A stretch of DNA of 63,618 bases, counting the filler, from Octopus bimaculoides (lineage: Eukaryota): NCBI RefSeq assembly GCF_001194135.2. It is 5 parts of 5 records of this genome, joined end to end, with 100 filler letters (N's around TTAATTAATTAA, not from the genome) between each part and the next. Parts side by side here need not be neighbours in the genome. Positions count along the whole stretch, not along the records: positions 1 to 4,674 come from NC_068988.1; positions 4,775 to 10,686 come from NC_068982.1; positions 10,787 to 40,055 come from NC_068992.1; 2 more parts are not named here. One strand, 5' to 3'. Positions 1 to 12,904 of this stretch are shown one piece after another. A program made the position numbers and the translations under genes. Below the pieces are notes generated by a model. That model was not told where the DNA came from. It made no database searches and saw only the letters and a list, made by a program, of their open reading frames with translations. Every line of letters starts with the position of its first letter. Within the stretch, counting starts at the first letter, position 1.

Positions 1-22
1 ATATATATATATATATTCATAC

Positions 23-53
<31 letters not shown>

Positions 54-1072
54 TGCATGTATGTATGCGTATATACGCACACATGCACGTATAGAAAAGG
101 GGTTAATTAGAAAAACATCTAAGACACAACAGAATCGAATAAACACATATAGCCATACACGCACATGCACATACACGTATACACACATAGACTCACGCGT
201 ATGTGTGCGTGTCTGTATATACATGTATATGTGTGCATGTTTGTGGGTGTCCATACATAATACAGAGAGGGAGAGGGCTTCAAATCGTGTGTGTTAGTAT
301 CGCCTGTCAATAGTAACATAGCTGCTATGTATTTAGAGCAAGACTTGATTTCACTGAACGCGTAGTCTTTTGGATGACTTAGCTGTGGAGATTTCCTTCA
401 CTGAACGCTGACTGTCCAGGTTACCGTCTACTGCAGGCAAGGCTTTCTTTAAAGTCACACAGCTACCTTCAGTGTCTTTCATTGTTACACCAAATACAGT
501 TGCTGTATAAACGGAGATCAGTGTGCTGTGCTGGATCTAGCATTTCTCTTAATAACACCAAGTGCAAAGGTCATTTGGTATGGATAAGAGAGAGATCATA
601 GGTCATTTGGCATAGTTTGCTACAGATCAAAGTGCTTTTAATGGCTGCGATTTTCCTTTGACGTTCTGTGTGAAATCGACTTTTAAAGTCATTATTCTCA
701 TTTTTATTCTTCATTCTACAGCTTCAAGGGAGGTATAACATGAACAATAGCCAACAATCCGTTCAGCTAACATGGCCGACCTCAAAGCTGCGTGCCTTTT
801 CATTAAGGGTTTATTTATACCTTAATTTCTTCTTACAATAGCGCTACTTTGTTATAGTTATCCAGTCAGCGCGCGCACACACAGAAACACTCACAGTTCA
901 CAGACTAAACAGAAGTATGAAGAGATCTCATTCATAGTGTTCTGAGCCCTGAATTATACTTAAATATTAATAGCTCACTAAAAAAAGAAGGAAAAGGAAA
1001 ACAAATAATAATCATTATATGTATATGACATGCAACTGAGAATTCTTCTGCACATTCTAACACGTTCTCCAC

Positions 1073-1111
<39 letters not shown>

Positions 1112-2046
1112 TATATATATATATCTAATACATATGCGATGTTCTTTTTCACACAGTGCAGAGTATGCTAAAGAAGCGATGAATGGAGGAAGTGCAACGT
1201 TTTATAACATATCTGGCCGTCCGTAGAAGGACTTCAAACNNNNNNNNNNNNNNNNNNNNNNNNNNNNNNNNNNNNNNNNNNNNNNNNNNNNNNNNNNNNN
1301 NNNNNNNNNNNNNNNNNNNNNNNNNNNNNNNNNNNNNNNNNNNNNNNNNNNNNNNNNNNNNNNNNNNNNNNNNNNNNNNNNNNNNNNNNNNNNNNNNNNN
1401 NNNNNNNNNNNNNNNNNNNNNNNNNNNNNNNNNNNNNNNNNNNNNNNNNNNNNNNNNNNNNNNNNNNNNNNNNNNNNNNNNNNNNNNNNNNNNNNNNNNN
1501 NNNNNNNNNNNNNNNNNNNNNNNNNNNNNNNNNNNNNNNNNNNNNNNNNNNNNNNNNNNNNNNNNNNNNNNNNNNNNNNNNNNNNNNNNNNNNNNNNNNN
1601 NNNNNNNNNNNNNNNNNNNNNNNNNNNNNNNNNNNNNNNNNNNNNNNNNNNNNNNNNNNNNNNNNNNNNNNNNNNNNNNNNNNNNNNNNNNNNNNNNNNN
1701 NNNNNNNNNNNNNNNNNNNNNNNNNNNNNNNNNNNNNNNNNNNNNNNNNNNNNNNNNNNNNNNNNNNNNNNNNNNNNNNNNNNNNNNNNNNNNNNNNNNN
1801 NNNNNNNNNNNNNNNNNNNNNNNNNNNNNNNNNNNNNNNNNNNNNNNNNNNNNNNNNNNNNNNNNNNNNNNNNNNNNNNNNNNNNNNNNNNNNNNNNNNN
1901 NNNNNNNNNNNNNNNNNNNNNNNNNNNNNNNNNNNNNNNNNNNNNNNNNNNNNNNNNNNNNNNNNNNNNNNNNNNNNNNNNNNNNNNNNNNNNNNNNNNN
2001 NNNNNNNNNNNNNNNNNNNNNNNNNNNNNNNNNNNNNNNNNNNNNN

Positions 2047-2096
<50 letters not shown>

Positions 2097-2826
2097 AGAA
2101 AGACAGAGAGAGGGAGATGAAAGGAGATTAACTAGTTTAATTCAAAGATTGTCATACGGAAATAAATACTACCCAATTGCAAAACTTGAAACTACTTTTT
2201 AAACGGTTTGTTGGGGGGAGGGTGGGGACAAATGTTGCAATATTTCAGGGTCAAAGTGTTCTTGTATTCTTCTCTGATAATGTTGCCTGCAGTTTGTTCA
2301 CGAAGCCAAGTGCAATGTCCTCCTAATCATTGGTTGAAATTTGAGCTGTTTTGCTAAGCGATATTCCTAACGCTGACAACCATCCTGAATCTGTTGCTTG
2401 TAGCAGTAAAGCCACAACTACAAGTAGCTGGAATAATGAATAATGCATATATTATTAGTTATTCCATATATAGTTGTCCACCTATTTTCGGACCTATGAC
2501 AAATATCACAACTTTTTCGTCCACACAATTTTAAAATTATCGACTGTGATATTATTAAGCTTTTACTTCTAGATTAAAGTGAAAAGCGCATACAAAGAGC
2601 AGAATAAAATAATCGCTCACCCGATAATGTTGACAGTCATATTATCATTCACCCCTCTGCAGTAGGGGTACAATATTCTTAAGGTCAATATTTACTTCTT
2701 CGCTACCAATTTTAGGCCATCTAACTAACACAGTTCTTAACCATATTAAATGTGGTTAAGTTCATTGAAAAGGACCTGCGATCCTTGCGTGATATAACAG
2801 AAAATCGGTTGTTTGATTTTTTTCAA

Positions 2827-2861
<35 letters not shown>

Positions 2862-3094
2862 NNNNNNNNNNNNNNNNNNNNNNNNNNNNNNNNNNNNNNN
2901 NNNNNNNNNNNNNNNNNNNNNNNNNNNNNNNNNNNNNNNNNNNNNNNNNNNNNNNNNNNNNNNNNNNNNNNNNNNNNNNNNNNNNNNNNNNNNNNNNNNN
3001 NNNNNNNNNNNNNNNNNNNNNNNNNNNNNNNNNNNNNNNNNNNNNNNNNNNNNNNNNNNNNNNNNNNNNNNNNNNNNNNNNNNNNNNNNNNNNN

Positions 3095-3700
3095 AATCTG
3101 GGTATAGAAGCTGGCGGATTTGAAGCAGTTGTCCTCGATTATCGTCTTTCTCTTTGAAAATCAAAGAGATATTCGCATATGCATTCCAGGGATCGTTTGC
3201 TTGTGATCATAGCCTTTCCACATTCCTGATCTTGCGGTCCATATCGGCACTGGATATCTTGTCCTGGATTATCTCTGTATGACGTTTGTTATTTGGGTGA
3301 AAAGGGTCTGCAAGGTGGTGAACAAGGCATATTGGACCTAAAATTTGCGGTTGTGCATTCTTCGATGAGGCGGTTAGGAGTGCGCCGCGGCAAAGATGGA
3401 AGTTTTGGGCTTGAACCTGGATGAAGCCGACCGCGGATGTAATAACCTCATTCACGGGTATTGCTGGCGTTTTGCATGGTCCTTTAGTAGAAAGGATTAT
3501 ATTGCACTTTGTAAGCGATTCGTTATCTCTCTGGTTATTTTTGATGTTCGGTTAGCCATATAGTTTAAGAGGTTTAAAGTAAACCTGCACTAAAACAACG
3601 AATGAAGCGGATCAGAGTTTTGTAGTATCGGCCTCATCCGTGTATAGATTGCAGTCATCACTCCTCAAGTGCATAATATGATATAATTTATCTTAAAGTA
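3095..3700 (-). mobile_element. Possible decayed ORF of a Penelope-like or other retroelement, downstream of the hammerhead
   Basis: Higher-GC segment with stop-interrupted, protein-like frames (ORF 3207..3455); no diagnostic motif recognised. Confidence 0.25.
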
Positions 3701-3831
3701 TATAATTATTAATTGCTTAGCAAATTAGATATATTAGATGGAACAGTTCTATATTTAAGAGATGAGGAATTATGTATATTATTTACATTATTTACATTTG
3801 ACGGATATTTGTCCTCATCTTGTTTGTTGTT

Positions 3832-3877
3832 AACACAACGTTTCGGCTGATATAACCTCCAGCCTTCATCAGGTGTT
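3832..3877 (-). ncRNA. Minimal type I hammerhead ribozyme (Penelope-like terminal repeat type)
   Basis: Minus strand: AACAC-CUGAUGA-A-GGCUG(loop)CAGCC-GAAAC-GUU-GUGUU; 5-bp stem I, 5-bp stem II, palindromic ACGU instead of a closed stem III. Confidence 0.75.
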
Positions 3878-3924
3878 TTATGGGAATTTTGAACTTGGGT
3901 TTTCATTCCTAAGGTATTTTTCGA

Positions 3925-3954
<30 letters not shown>

Positions 3955-3959
<5 letters not shown>

Positions 3960-4023
3960 CCACTGCCTGGAATCGAACTCGAAATCATGGTGTTGATAGC
4001 CCGCGCTCTTAACCACTACGCCA
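3955..4023 (-). mobile_element. tRNA-like Pol III head (SINE-type), followed by (TAA)n
   Basis: A-box TGGCGTAGTGG (4013-4023) and B-box GAGTTCGATTCC (3969-3980); anticodon and acceptor stems not intact. Confidence 0.7.
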
Positions 4024-4637
4024 ATTCAAATATATTTTAGGCAACATTTTCGGAAGTAACTTTCTAAATTGTTTAAATTATTTTTTTTCCCCAAAATTCG
4101 TTGAAAATGAAAAAAAAAAAAGAAAAAAAAAGATATTCTTTTAAATGGGGCAACACATTCAAGGAAACGGCGAAGAGTGACTTAGAAACCTAAGGTTAAC
4201 ATTTCCTGAGGGTGAAACCCATGAATGGGCCGATGCTGGAAACTGAAATAATATCATCCGTTCCTTGTGTTTTGAAGAAATTGCTTACATACACATAAAA
4301 TTTGGAAATACTGACACAGAAGGTTAGTCACTGAAGTACTGTGTGTGCATGCGTGTGGGGCGGGGGGGCAGGATGCATGTAGATGTTTTTTTTGTGGGGG
4401 AGGGATATTAACTGTGTGTGTCACCAGTTTATCGAGTTTTATCGCTAGTAAACGCGTTTAAATAACACTTTTAACAACATATTATTATTAAACATTTTAT
4501 TGGAGTCTAATAATTTTCCAATCCGTTCTGTCCGCCGCAGAAATGTGTGTGCGTCTGTGTTTATGTGTGTGTGTGTGTGCGTACGTGCGAGTGTGTTTGT
4601 GTGTGAATGCGTGCATTTATGTATGTATGCATACGTG

Positions 4638-4674
<37 letters not shown>

Positions 4675-4774
4675 NNNNNNNNNNNNNNNNNNNNNNNNNN
4701 NNNNNNNNNNNNNNNNNNTTAATTAATTAANNNNNNNNNNNNNNNNNNNNNNNNNNNNNNNNNNNNNNNNNNNN
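4675..4774. other. 100-bp assembly gap marker: 44 N + TTAATTAATTAA + 44 N (also 10687-10786, 40056-40155, 48696-48795)
   Basis: Same 44/12/44 layout at four sites; the 12-mer is palindromic and has stops in all six frames. Confidence 0.95.
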
Positions 4775-4917
4775 CAGTTTTTAGCAAAACGTATTAAGTA
4801 GCACTGATAATAAATAAAAAAACATAAAAATAAATAAACTTTTGACGGTTTTATAAATATTTCAAAATTATGATGTAATGATGCTAGGTGTTTCCATTAT
4901 TTTGTCCCACTCCTGTA

Positions 4918-4963
<46 letters not shown>

Positions 4964-4989
4964 GTTTAGTCTGGAGGAAGAGACATTCT

Positions 4990-5580
4990 CTATTACTTTT
5001 GCAAACCTTCTGAGACTAGTGAGTTTGATGATGTTAAAGTTCCATTTGAACTGTTGAAGTTCCGGAAAGACATAAGCAGGAATAAGATTCCACAGAGCTG
5101 ATATTCTATGGAGAAACGACTCAGAATAATAGCTAGTGAGAGACAGGATGGTGGAATAGGAAACCAGTCAGCTCCAAAGAACGATGGAAAAAGCAGACAG
5201 TGGCAGTACGCCTGTGGGTCAGAGGTGTATCCGATCATGGTTTAATGCAATTAAGTCTAGTGACCCTCGGGCAAAACGACGTCCGTATGTATAATAACAC
5301 CAGCATCCCAGTTGTAGATGCAGTACTCTATTGTGAGGCTCCCTTTGTGTTTTTTAAGGTGTTAGCAGTCAAAGGTGTTAGCTGTCCTTGAAGACGTGGT
5401 CTTAGATATATCAAGGATATGCTCCAGCCAGGACAGATCCTTGATGATAATAGGGTTCAAAATTTGGAGTGATTTTCAAGACTCTTCCTCAATGTTGTTC
5501 ATCCTTAGTGGTGGTATGACGGTGCTTTCTTGTAGTGATTCCATTTCCTTCCTTTTGAGTCTTAGATCCTTGGAAAACAT
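4990..5580 (-). mobile_element. CR1-group LINE, decayed 3' part of RT ORF
   Basis: Frameshifted translation gives LSWLEHILDISK, EYCIYNW, ISALWNLIPAYVFPELQQFK. Confidence 0.7.
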
Positions 5581-5589
5581 ATGCATATT

Positions 5590-5912
5590 TATTATTTTAT
5601 TTATGCGCCCGTCTAAGGCCTAGCCAGGTTCATGGGTCCGGTTTCCCGGTTTTTATGGCGTATGTGTTCCCCCCAGCTGGACGGGACGCCAGTCCATCGC
5701 AGCGTTACTCAAGAAACAGGAAGAAAGAGTGAGAGAAAGTTGGGGCGAAAGAGTACAACAGTGGTTGCCACCACCACCCCCTGCCGGAGCCTCGTAGAGC
5801 TTTAGGTGTTTTCGCTCAATAAACACACACAACGCCCGGTCTGGTAATCGAAACCGCAATCCTCCGACTGCGAGTCCGCTGCCCTAACCACTGGGCCATT
5901 GCGACTCCATAA
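5590..5912 (-). mobile_element. tRNA-derived SINE (family C, tail type 1)
   Basis: Head TGGCCCAGTGGTTAGGGCAGCGG...GGTTTCGATTACC; body contains CTGCGATGGACTGGCGTCCCGTCCAG, resembling Meta/V-type SINE domains (from recall). Confidence 0.75.
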
Positions 5913-5974
5913 CATATGCATATAGATGGATATATATCATATTCAGAGACACACAAACATACAAAAATATTCAT

Positions 5975-6230
5975 ACTTATAAACAAATCCGACGTGTATG
6001 TCGGAATACGTTCTCAAAGACTTTGAACACTTTGCCCGTTCGTTCATCAAAGCTTTAGATTGTTATGTTCTGAGTACAATATTTAAACATTGATGGTAAC
6101 TTATAACACAGGATTAAATTTAAACATTGATGATACATTATAGCTCCGGATGAAAGGCTTTCGTTTTATATTCGGCTTATGAGACAATTCCAAATTTATG
6201 ATAATTCTTTGGAAAACACCATAAAATATT
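5975..6230 (+). repeat. Unclassified ~250-bp dispersed repeat; inverted second copy at ~10030-10250
   Basis: Reverse complement of 10030-10250 aligns by eye; both carry a CCGAC..GTCGG hairpin. Confidence 0.8.
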
Positions 6231-6706
6231 CCGATTATACATAATATTTATCATAGAGTATCTTTCCAAGTACAATACTTCGGTTTATGTCTTTATTCTG
6301 TTGTTGGATATCGCATAATTCATAACAACAAGAGCAACAGCAAGAAAAACAAAAACAACAACAATAATAATAATGATATTAATAATAATGATGATGATGA
6401 TGATGATGATGATAGTAATGAACTCAAATTTTGGTACCAGGCCAGCAAGTTTAGGTGAGAGTTAAGATTTTATCTTACATTTTTCATATTTTCATCTTAG
6501 CGTCAAGGAGCCAGTTTCAAACAATAGAGTTCTTAAATCGACGATAAAAACGCACAGNNNNNNNNNNACATTTTTCATATTTTCATCTTAGCGTCAAGGA
6601 GCCAGTTTCAAACAATAGAGTTCTTAAATCGACGATAAAAACGCACAGAAAAGGCTTGTACATACACGTGTGTGTATGGGAGGGGTTGTGTGTGTGCGTC
6701 TGTTTG

Positions 6707-6742
<36 letters not shown>

Positions 6743-6912
6743 TGTGTACGTGTGTGTGTGTGCGCGCGCGTGTGTGTGTTTAATGTCTGTATATACATAT
6801 ATATGTATATGTTCGTATACTATATATATTTATATATATTCAATATATGTGTTTGTGTTTGCGTCTATATATTGTATGTATGTGTATATATGTGTGTACA
6901 TATATGTATATA

Positions 6913-6996
<84 letters not shown>

Positions 6997-8367
6997 ATAT
7001 ACTACACCTCTTCAATAAAGCATTTTGAACACAAAAATACCTTATCAAGAACTTGAATGTTGTTCTTTTCGCACGTAATTAACAATTTGCGTATTCAATT
7101 ATTTATAATGCAGAAAACATCCTTGGAAAATCTTCCATTGTTATTTTTAATTTCGTAATGAGTGAATTATTTACAGATTAAAGTGATCTAAATTCAAGTC
7201 CTTCTATAAATAGATAACTTCTTCTTTCCTCTTTAGTTGTGTAAATCAAGTGTATATTAAATTAATGTAATCTTCAACTTCTAAAGGGTTATACAAACAC
7301 CAGAAGTTTGTAACCATATTTTATATTTCAAGAAAATTCTCTATGTTTGATTTCACAGTACTGCTGTTGCAAATATGAAAACCTAGTGTTTGGTTTAGGA
7401 CGAAATTTTGCTCGAAAAGGTCGGTAGGAATTAATAGTAGCCTGATGATGCAGCTACTACTCTGTAATGAATTAGAAAAGGTCACTATTAATTTATTTAG
7501 TCATACTGATATAGTCGGAATATTTAGAATGAAATATGTGCTTGGTGAATACGAGTCACTGCATCGATATTTGACTGGAAATTAGTGAATTTTTCCCTTA
7601 AATTACGCTCTTCCAGATTCAGTTCGGCCTTTTAATGCTCAAAATTGTCTCAGGAGTTTTTCAACCCCTTGAATAGATACATAGACCCTTGGGGATCAAT
7701 ACTGACCACTTTGTAGACCCCAAATCTCAAAATTCAGCAGAATGGTATCTTGTGAAGTGAATCTGTTTTTGGTGGAATCGAACGATCAAGGTTTCAGAGT
7801 AATAAAAAAAGACAAAGAAAACGGGTTTAGCAGAACGATACCATGGTAGGAATGGTATTTTAAGGCGATCATAAAACATTTTGCTGTTCTTTGCTTAAAA
7901 GTTCATTGCACCAGAAATCTACCATAATTTCTACAAACTGCAGAATCTATGCACTAAAATTCGTATGTGTTTTTATATTCTATACATTGAAATTATTCTC
8001 GGCACATACCTTATGTAATTAAACCTAATTAAACCTACTCAGATTTTATTATTTTTTTTCAGTTGTAACTAAGTTATATCATGCTATACCTCTTGCTGAT
8101 CTACAGATAAATTGGATTAGTTTTGTATTAGAGGAAAGTAAAAATTTACGACATCAAAATTTTAAAATGTGATCTCAAAAGTGAATTTTTTCAATTGCGC
8201 CTATTCATTTCATTAGCGACGCTATATACATATCTATGTATATGCATGTGCATGACTGTATATATGTGTAAACACACACGTACATATACGTACATGTATT
8301 CATATGTATATATGCATGTGTGTGTACATACTTATGTATTACGCTCAGTATCTATGTACATACAAAG

Positions 8368-8404
<37 letters not shown>

Positions 8405-8465
8405 CATATGTATATGGTTATATATCTATATATAATCATATATATACTTGCATGTATGTATGTGT

Positions 8466-8539
<74 letters not shown>

Positions 8540-8936
8540 GCGTATGTACTAAGTGAAAAATTTCGAAATAAGTCAATGAATATTCAATAATTTATTAATC
8601 CACAAAAGAGGCAAGGTCAACAAATACTTTCAAACCGGCTTTTCACTTCGAAATCACTTATCAGATAACTAATATATTAATGTTCAAAAACTTCAGTGAA
8701 AGGTTTTCCTGTCTTTCCTCTTCTCACTTTCTCTTTCTATCCATTTACCTATCTGTACCTTTCTTTCTCTCTCTCTCCCCTTGCTCTCTCTCTCTCTATC
8801 TATCTCCCTTTATTTCTCTCTTCTCTAATCATTTATCTATATCTACCTTTTTCTCTCCCTCTCTCTTCTTTTATCACTTCCTCATTCAATCCATTTGTTT
8901 ATCTCTACTTTTCTCTTTCTCCTGCTTTCGCTCTCG

Positions 8937-8999
<63 letters not shown>

Positions 9000-9601
9000 N
9001 NNNNNNNNNNNNNNNNNNNNNNNNNNNNNNNNNNNNNNNNNNNNNNNNNNNNNNNNNNNNNNNNNNNNNNNNNNNNNNNNNNNNNNNNNNNNNNNNNNNN
9101 NNNNNNNNNNNNNNNNNNNNNNNNNNNNNNNNNNNNNNNNNNNNNNNNNNNNNNNNNNNNNNNNNNNNNNNNNNNNNNNNNNNNNNNNNNNNNNNNNNNN
9201 NNNNNNNNNNNNNNNNNNNNNNNNNNNNNNNNNNNNNNNNNNNNNNNNNNNNNNNNNNNNNNNNNNNNNNNNNNNNNNNNNNNNNNNNNNNNNNNNNNNN
9301 NNNNNNNNNNNNNNNNNNNNNNNNNNNNNNNNNNNNNNNNNNNNNNNNNNNNNNNNNNNNNNNNNNNNNNNNNNNNNNNNNNNNNNNNNNNNNNNNNNNN
9401 NNNNNNNNNNNNNNNNNNNNNNNNNNNNNNNNNNNNNNNNNNNNNNNNNNNNNNNNNNNNNNNNNNNNNNNNNNNNNNNNNNNNNNNNNNNNNNNNNNNN
9501 NNNNNNNNNNNNNNNNNNNNNNNNNNNNNNNNNNNNNNNNNNNNNNNNNNNNNNNNNNNNNNNNNNNNNNNNNNNNNNNNNNNNNNNNNNNNNNNNNNNN
9601 N

Positions 9602-9644
<43 letters not shown>

Positions 9645-9878
9645 ATCTATATACCCGCATACAATCTCACACACACGCACGCAACACGCTCGCACTCATA
9701 CACACGCGCGCAAAAATGGTTAATACATACGTCAATATACGCACATGCCCAAGAAAGAAACAGGGCTAAAGGCAAAATACAGAAAAAAGTGTAAATATAT
9801 ATATATATATATATATATACGTGTATGTGTGCGTGTGTGTGCGTGTGTGTGCGTGCGTGTGTGTGTGTGCGTGTTTGC

Positions 9879-10036
9879 GTGGCTGTGTGGTAAGAAGCTT
9901 GCTCCCCACTAACATGGTTCCGGGTTTAGTCCCACTGCACGGCACCTTGAGCAAGTGTCTTCTACTATAGCCTTGGGCCAACCAAACCCTTCTGAATGGA
10001 TTTATAGACAGCAACTGAGAGAAACCCGTCATATAT
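9879..10036 (+). mobile_element. SINE family A, 5' half
   Basis: TGGCTGTGTGGTAAG A-box, GGTTTAGTCCC B-box-like, CTTGAGCAAGTGTCTTCTACTATAGCC. Confidence 0.85.
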
Positions 10037-10307
10037 TTTATGACGTTTTCCAAACAATTATCATAAATTTGGAATTGTCTCATAAGCCGAATATAAAACA
10101 AATGCCTTTCATCCTGAGCTATAATGTATCATTAATGTTTAACTATTGTACTCAGAACATAACAATCCAAAGTTTTGTTGAACGAACGGGCGAAGTGTTC
10201 AAAGTCTTTCAGAATGTATTCCGACATACACGTCGGGTTTGTTTATAACTGTCTCTATTTTTGTATGTTTATGTATGCTTCTATATATGTATATGTATAT
10301 ATGTTAA

Positions 10308-10367
<60 letters not shown>

Positions 10368-11047
10368 GAAAAATAAAAAATAGAGATAAATCAATTAACA
10401 ATTCTATTTATTAATTACAAAAATAGACATAATCTCTGACAGCTGTTTCGATTCAGATTTTAAAGATTTTAAATAAAATAATCAAATCATTGTAAAATAG
10501 ATTTTCGTCGGAGGTAGAAAAAGTGATATACCATTAGATTTTAATGTTCATTTGTGTTAAGTGTACAGAACATTTCAGCTAACTGAGTATTGTTTTATAG
10601 ATAAATTTGGTATATACCTTATAAAGGGAGAAAGAAGTATATTTAGAAAAAATAAATGTGAAAGAAAATATATAATACTAGCAGACNNNNNNNNNNNNNN
10701 NNNNNNNNNNNNNNNNNNNNNNNNNNNNNNTTAATTAATTAANNNNNNNNNNNNNNNNNNNNNNNNNNNNNNNNNNNNNNNNNNNNATATAGTTTGTAAA
10801 CTTTCCGGTGTTGGTTTTGCGTGTGTGATCGCACGTGTTTCATTGAGACATCGTGCATAGGAGGACCTGTGCTTTGTATGGCAGTGAAATTTCATTTTTT
10901 AAGAATAAAAAATATTAAAAAAAAAAATTATCTTCGTTAAAAGACCGCTTCCTTCAAATCTTCCACCGGTTCTTTTGCCTAATTCCATCGATGTTATTGG
11001 ATTAGATTTGTTTTTGTATAGGGAGCCCGATGTAGCACATCCATGTT

Positions 11048-11180
11048 GTTATTCAGCCCTGTGCTGTTCAGTTATTCAGCCCGGTGCTGTTCGTTATTCA
11101 GCCCGGTGCTGTTCGTTATTCAGCCCGGTGCTGTTCCTTATTCAGCCCGGTGCTGTTCGTTATTCAGCCCGGTGCTGTTC
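11048..11180. repeat. Minisatellite, 6 x 22 bp GTTATTCAGCCCGGTGCTGTTC
   Basis: Units start at 11048, 11071, 11093, 11115, 11137, 11159; internal CAGC/GCTG hairpin. Confidence 0.95.
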
Positions 11181-11224
11181 CGTTTATCATTATTATTATT
11201 ATTATTATCATTATTATTATTATT

Positions 11225-11700
11225 TTCATATACACTCAACAGATTAGACTGTTGGAATAGAAAAAGAATCCTAACATTGGACAACAAGTAGCCTCACATG
11301 CCGAGATCCCTCGTAAGTATCCTAGCTGTTCCTAATAACACTGTTTTCTGCAGCTGTACTAAACTGGGTTTTATGCCTGTTTCCTCTATCCATCTGTTCT
11401 GGGACTGTAAAGTCAATGATCTGGCACTTTCTATTCTCTTTATCTTCTACTACCAAATCAGGCCTTCAAACTTCTATTACTCTATCAGTCTGAATGTTAA
11501 TGTCCCACAACATCTTATATTTCTTACTTTCTAGTACTTTACTCGGTTCCTGTTCATACCATTTATCAGTATGTTCAAATCCCAGCTTTCTACATAACTC
11601 CCAGTGGATTACTCTCCCAAGGTTGTTATGTCTTTTCTTGTATTCTTTCTGTGCTAGCATGCTACATTCATTTATTATATGAATAACGCTTTCCTTTAGG
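11225..11700 (-). mobile_element. R4/Dong-type non-LTR retrotransposon, 3' fragment (zinc-knuckle tail + RLE endonuclease)
   Basis: HIINECSMLAQKEYKKRHN...LWDINIQTDRVIEV*RPDL...IIDFTVP...LQKTVLLGTARIL; 3' end abuts (TAA)n. Confidence 0.85.
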
Positions 11701-11913
11701 TCCTTCTTTGGTTTGAGCTGTAATTATTATATTGTTGTTTGACTTTCCTACTGCCTGATCTTTCCTTTCTAGTTCTCTTGTGATCTCTTCCTCCTCCAAC
11801 TCTGTCATCCACTTTCTTCTCCTAATAGCGTCGATACAACAAAATTGAAAGCAATCTAAGCAAAATTAAAGGGGGCTGATTTTGTGAGTCAGTTTAACTA
11901 GATCCTGGTTTTG

Positions 11914-11979
<66 letters not shown>

Positions 11980-11984
11980 TTCAT

Positions 11985-12400
11985 TATCATCTTCTTTCAA
12001 TTCTGTTTCCTTTTCTTGCCGAGTGTTTTACCGACACCTAAGGCAAAGAAACGTACTGTATACATTTGTAGGCCATTAAAATAAGCACATCAGATTGTTC
12101 ATTTACAAAGTCATGTGATAGTGAAAAGGGGAAAGAAAGACAGAAAGAAAAAGGTAAAAATAAAAAATATAAAAGTAAACAAAGAAAATAAAGAGCAAAA
12201 AAGAAAGAAAATTCACATTGACAATGTTCCTCTCAATACGTGTGACGTAGCAGTTAAGACAATTTTTTGCACTTCCTGTATGGATGGTAATCCAAGGATC
12301 AATTAATTTTCTGTTCCTTTTCTGATCATTCTAAGTACTCCTACAATCACTGGTTTTGTAACCATCTTGAGATGCCATCCTTGCTCTTTCTACTGCGTGG
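11985..12400 (-). mobile_element. R4/Dong-type element, second subfamily, extreme 3' end
   Basis: PVIVGVLRMIRKGTEN*...IQEVQKIVLTATSHVLRGTLSM*; 3' UTR similar to 47870-47910; abuts (TAA)n. Confidence 0.75.
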
Positions 12401-12904
12401 GGTTATTAAATGTTTCGACTTTTGTCTTGTACCTGAGATAATCATAAATATGTGAGTGTTAGAGGGGATAGTAGGAAAAAGAGAAGCAGCTTGGTGAATA
12501 AACCAAATTCCATAGGTCTATAAATAAGTTCGGCAGATAGTGAGAAGGAGATCAACAATGGGGCTTCACATTCCTATGCGAGCAGGAAACAAAAGAAGCA
12601 TCACACCCTTGCGGTTAGCAGAGATGAAATGTGTTTACTATTACTAGCGATTAATGAGGGCGCTGACCTTGGCCTTGAAAAGAACGAACTAACTCACCTC
12701 GTTCTGTTTTTAATTACTGATAGAAAAAATAATGATGTTTACATCGTTGAAATTTTGAATTTTTTCTTTCGGATTTTTGAATATTCCTTTTATTTTCTAT
12801 AGGTTTTGCTGTGGTTTACAGTTTTCGTAATTGTGCAGTTTGTATATATTAGCAGGTGATTATCTCTTTAATTTTTATCGTGCGGTTAATTTGTTGTTGC
12901 TATA

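Noticed and set aside
1160-1230. Possible terminal exon after TTCTTTTTCACACAG (AEYAKEAMNGG...)
   Set aside because: Short, no recognisable homology, next to a gap; not supportable
6477-6648. 81-bp direct repeat
   Set aside because: Exact copies either side of a 10-N gap: contig overlap artefact
11043-11291. Repetitive Cys-rich peptide ORFs, or a CRISPR-like array
   Set aside because: They are translations of the 22-bp minisatellite; no unique spacers, no cas genes, eukaryotic context
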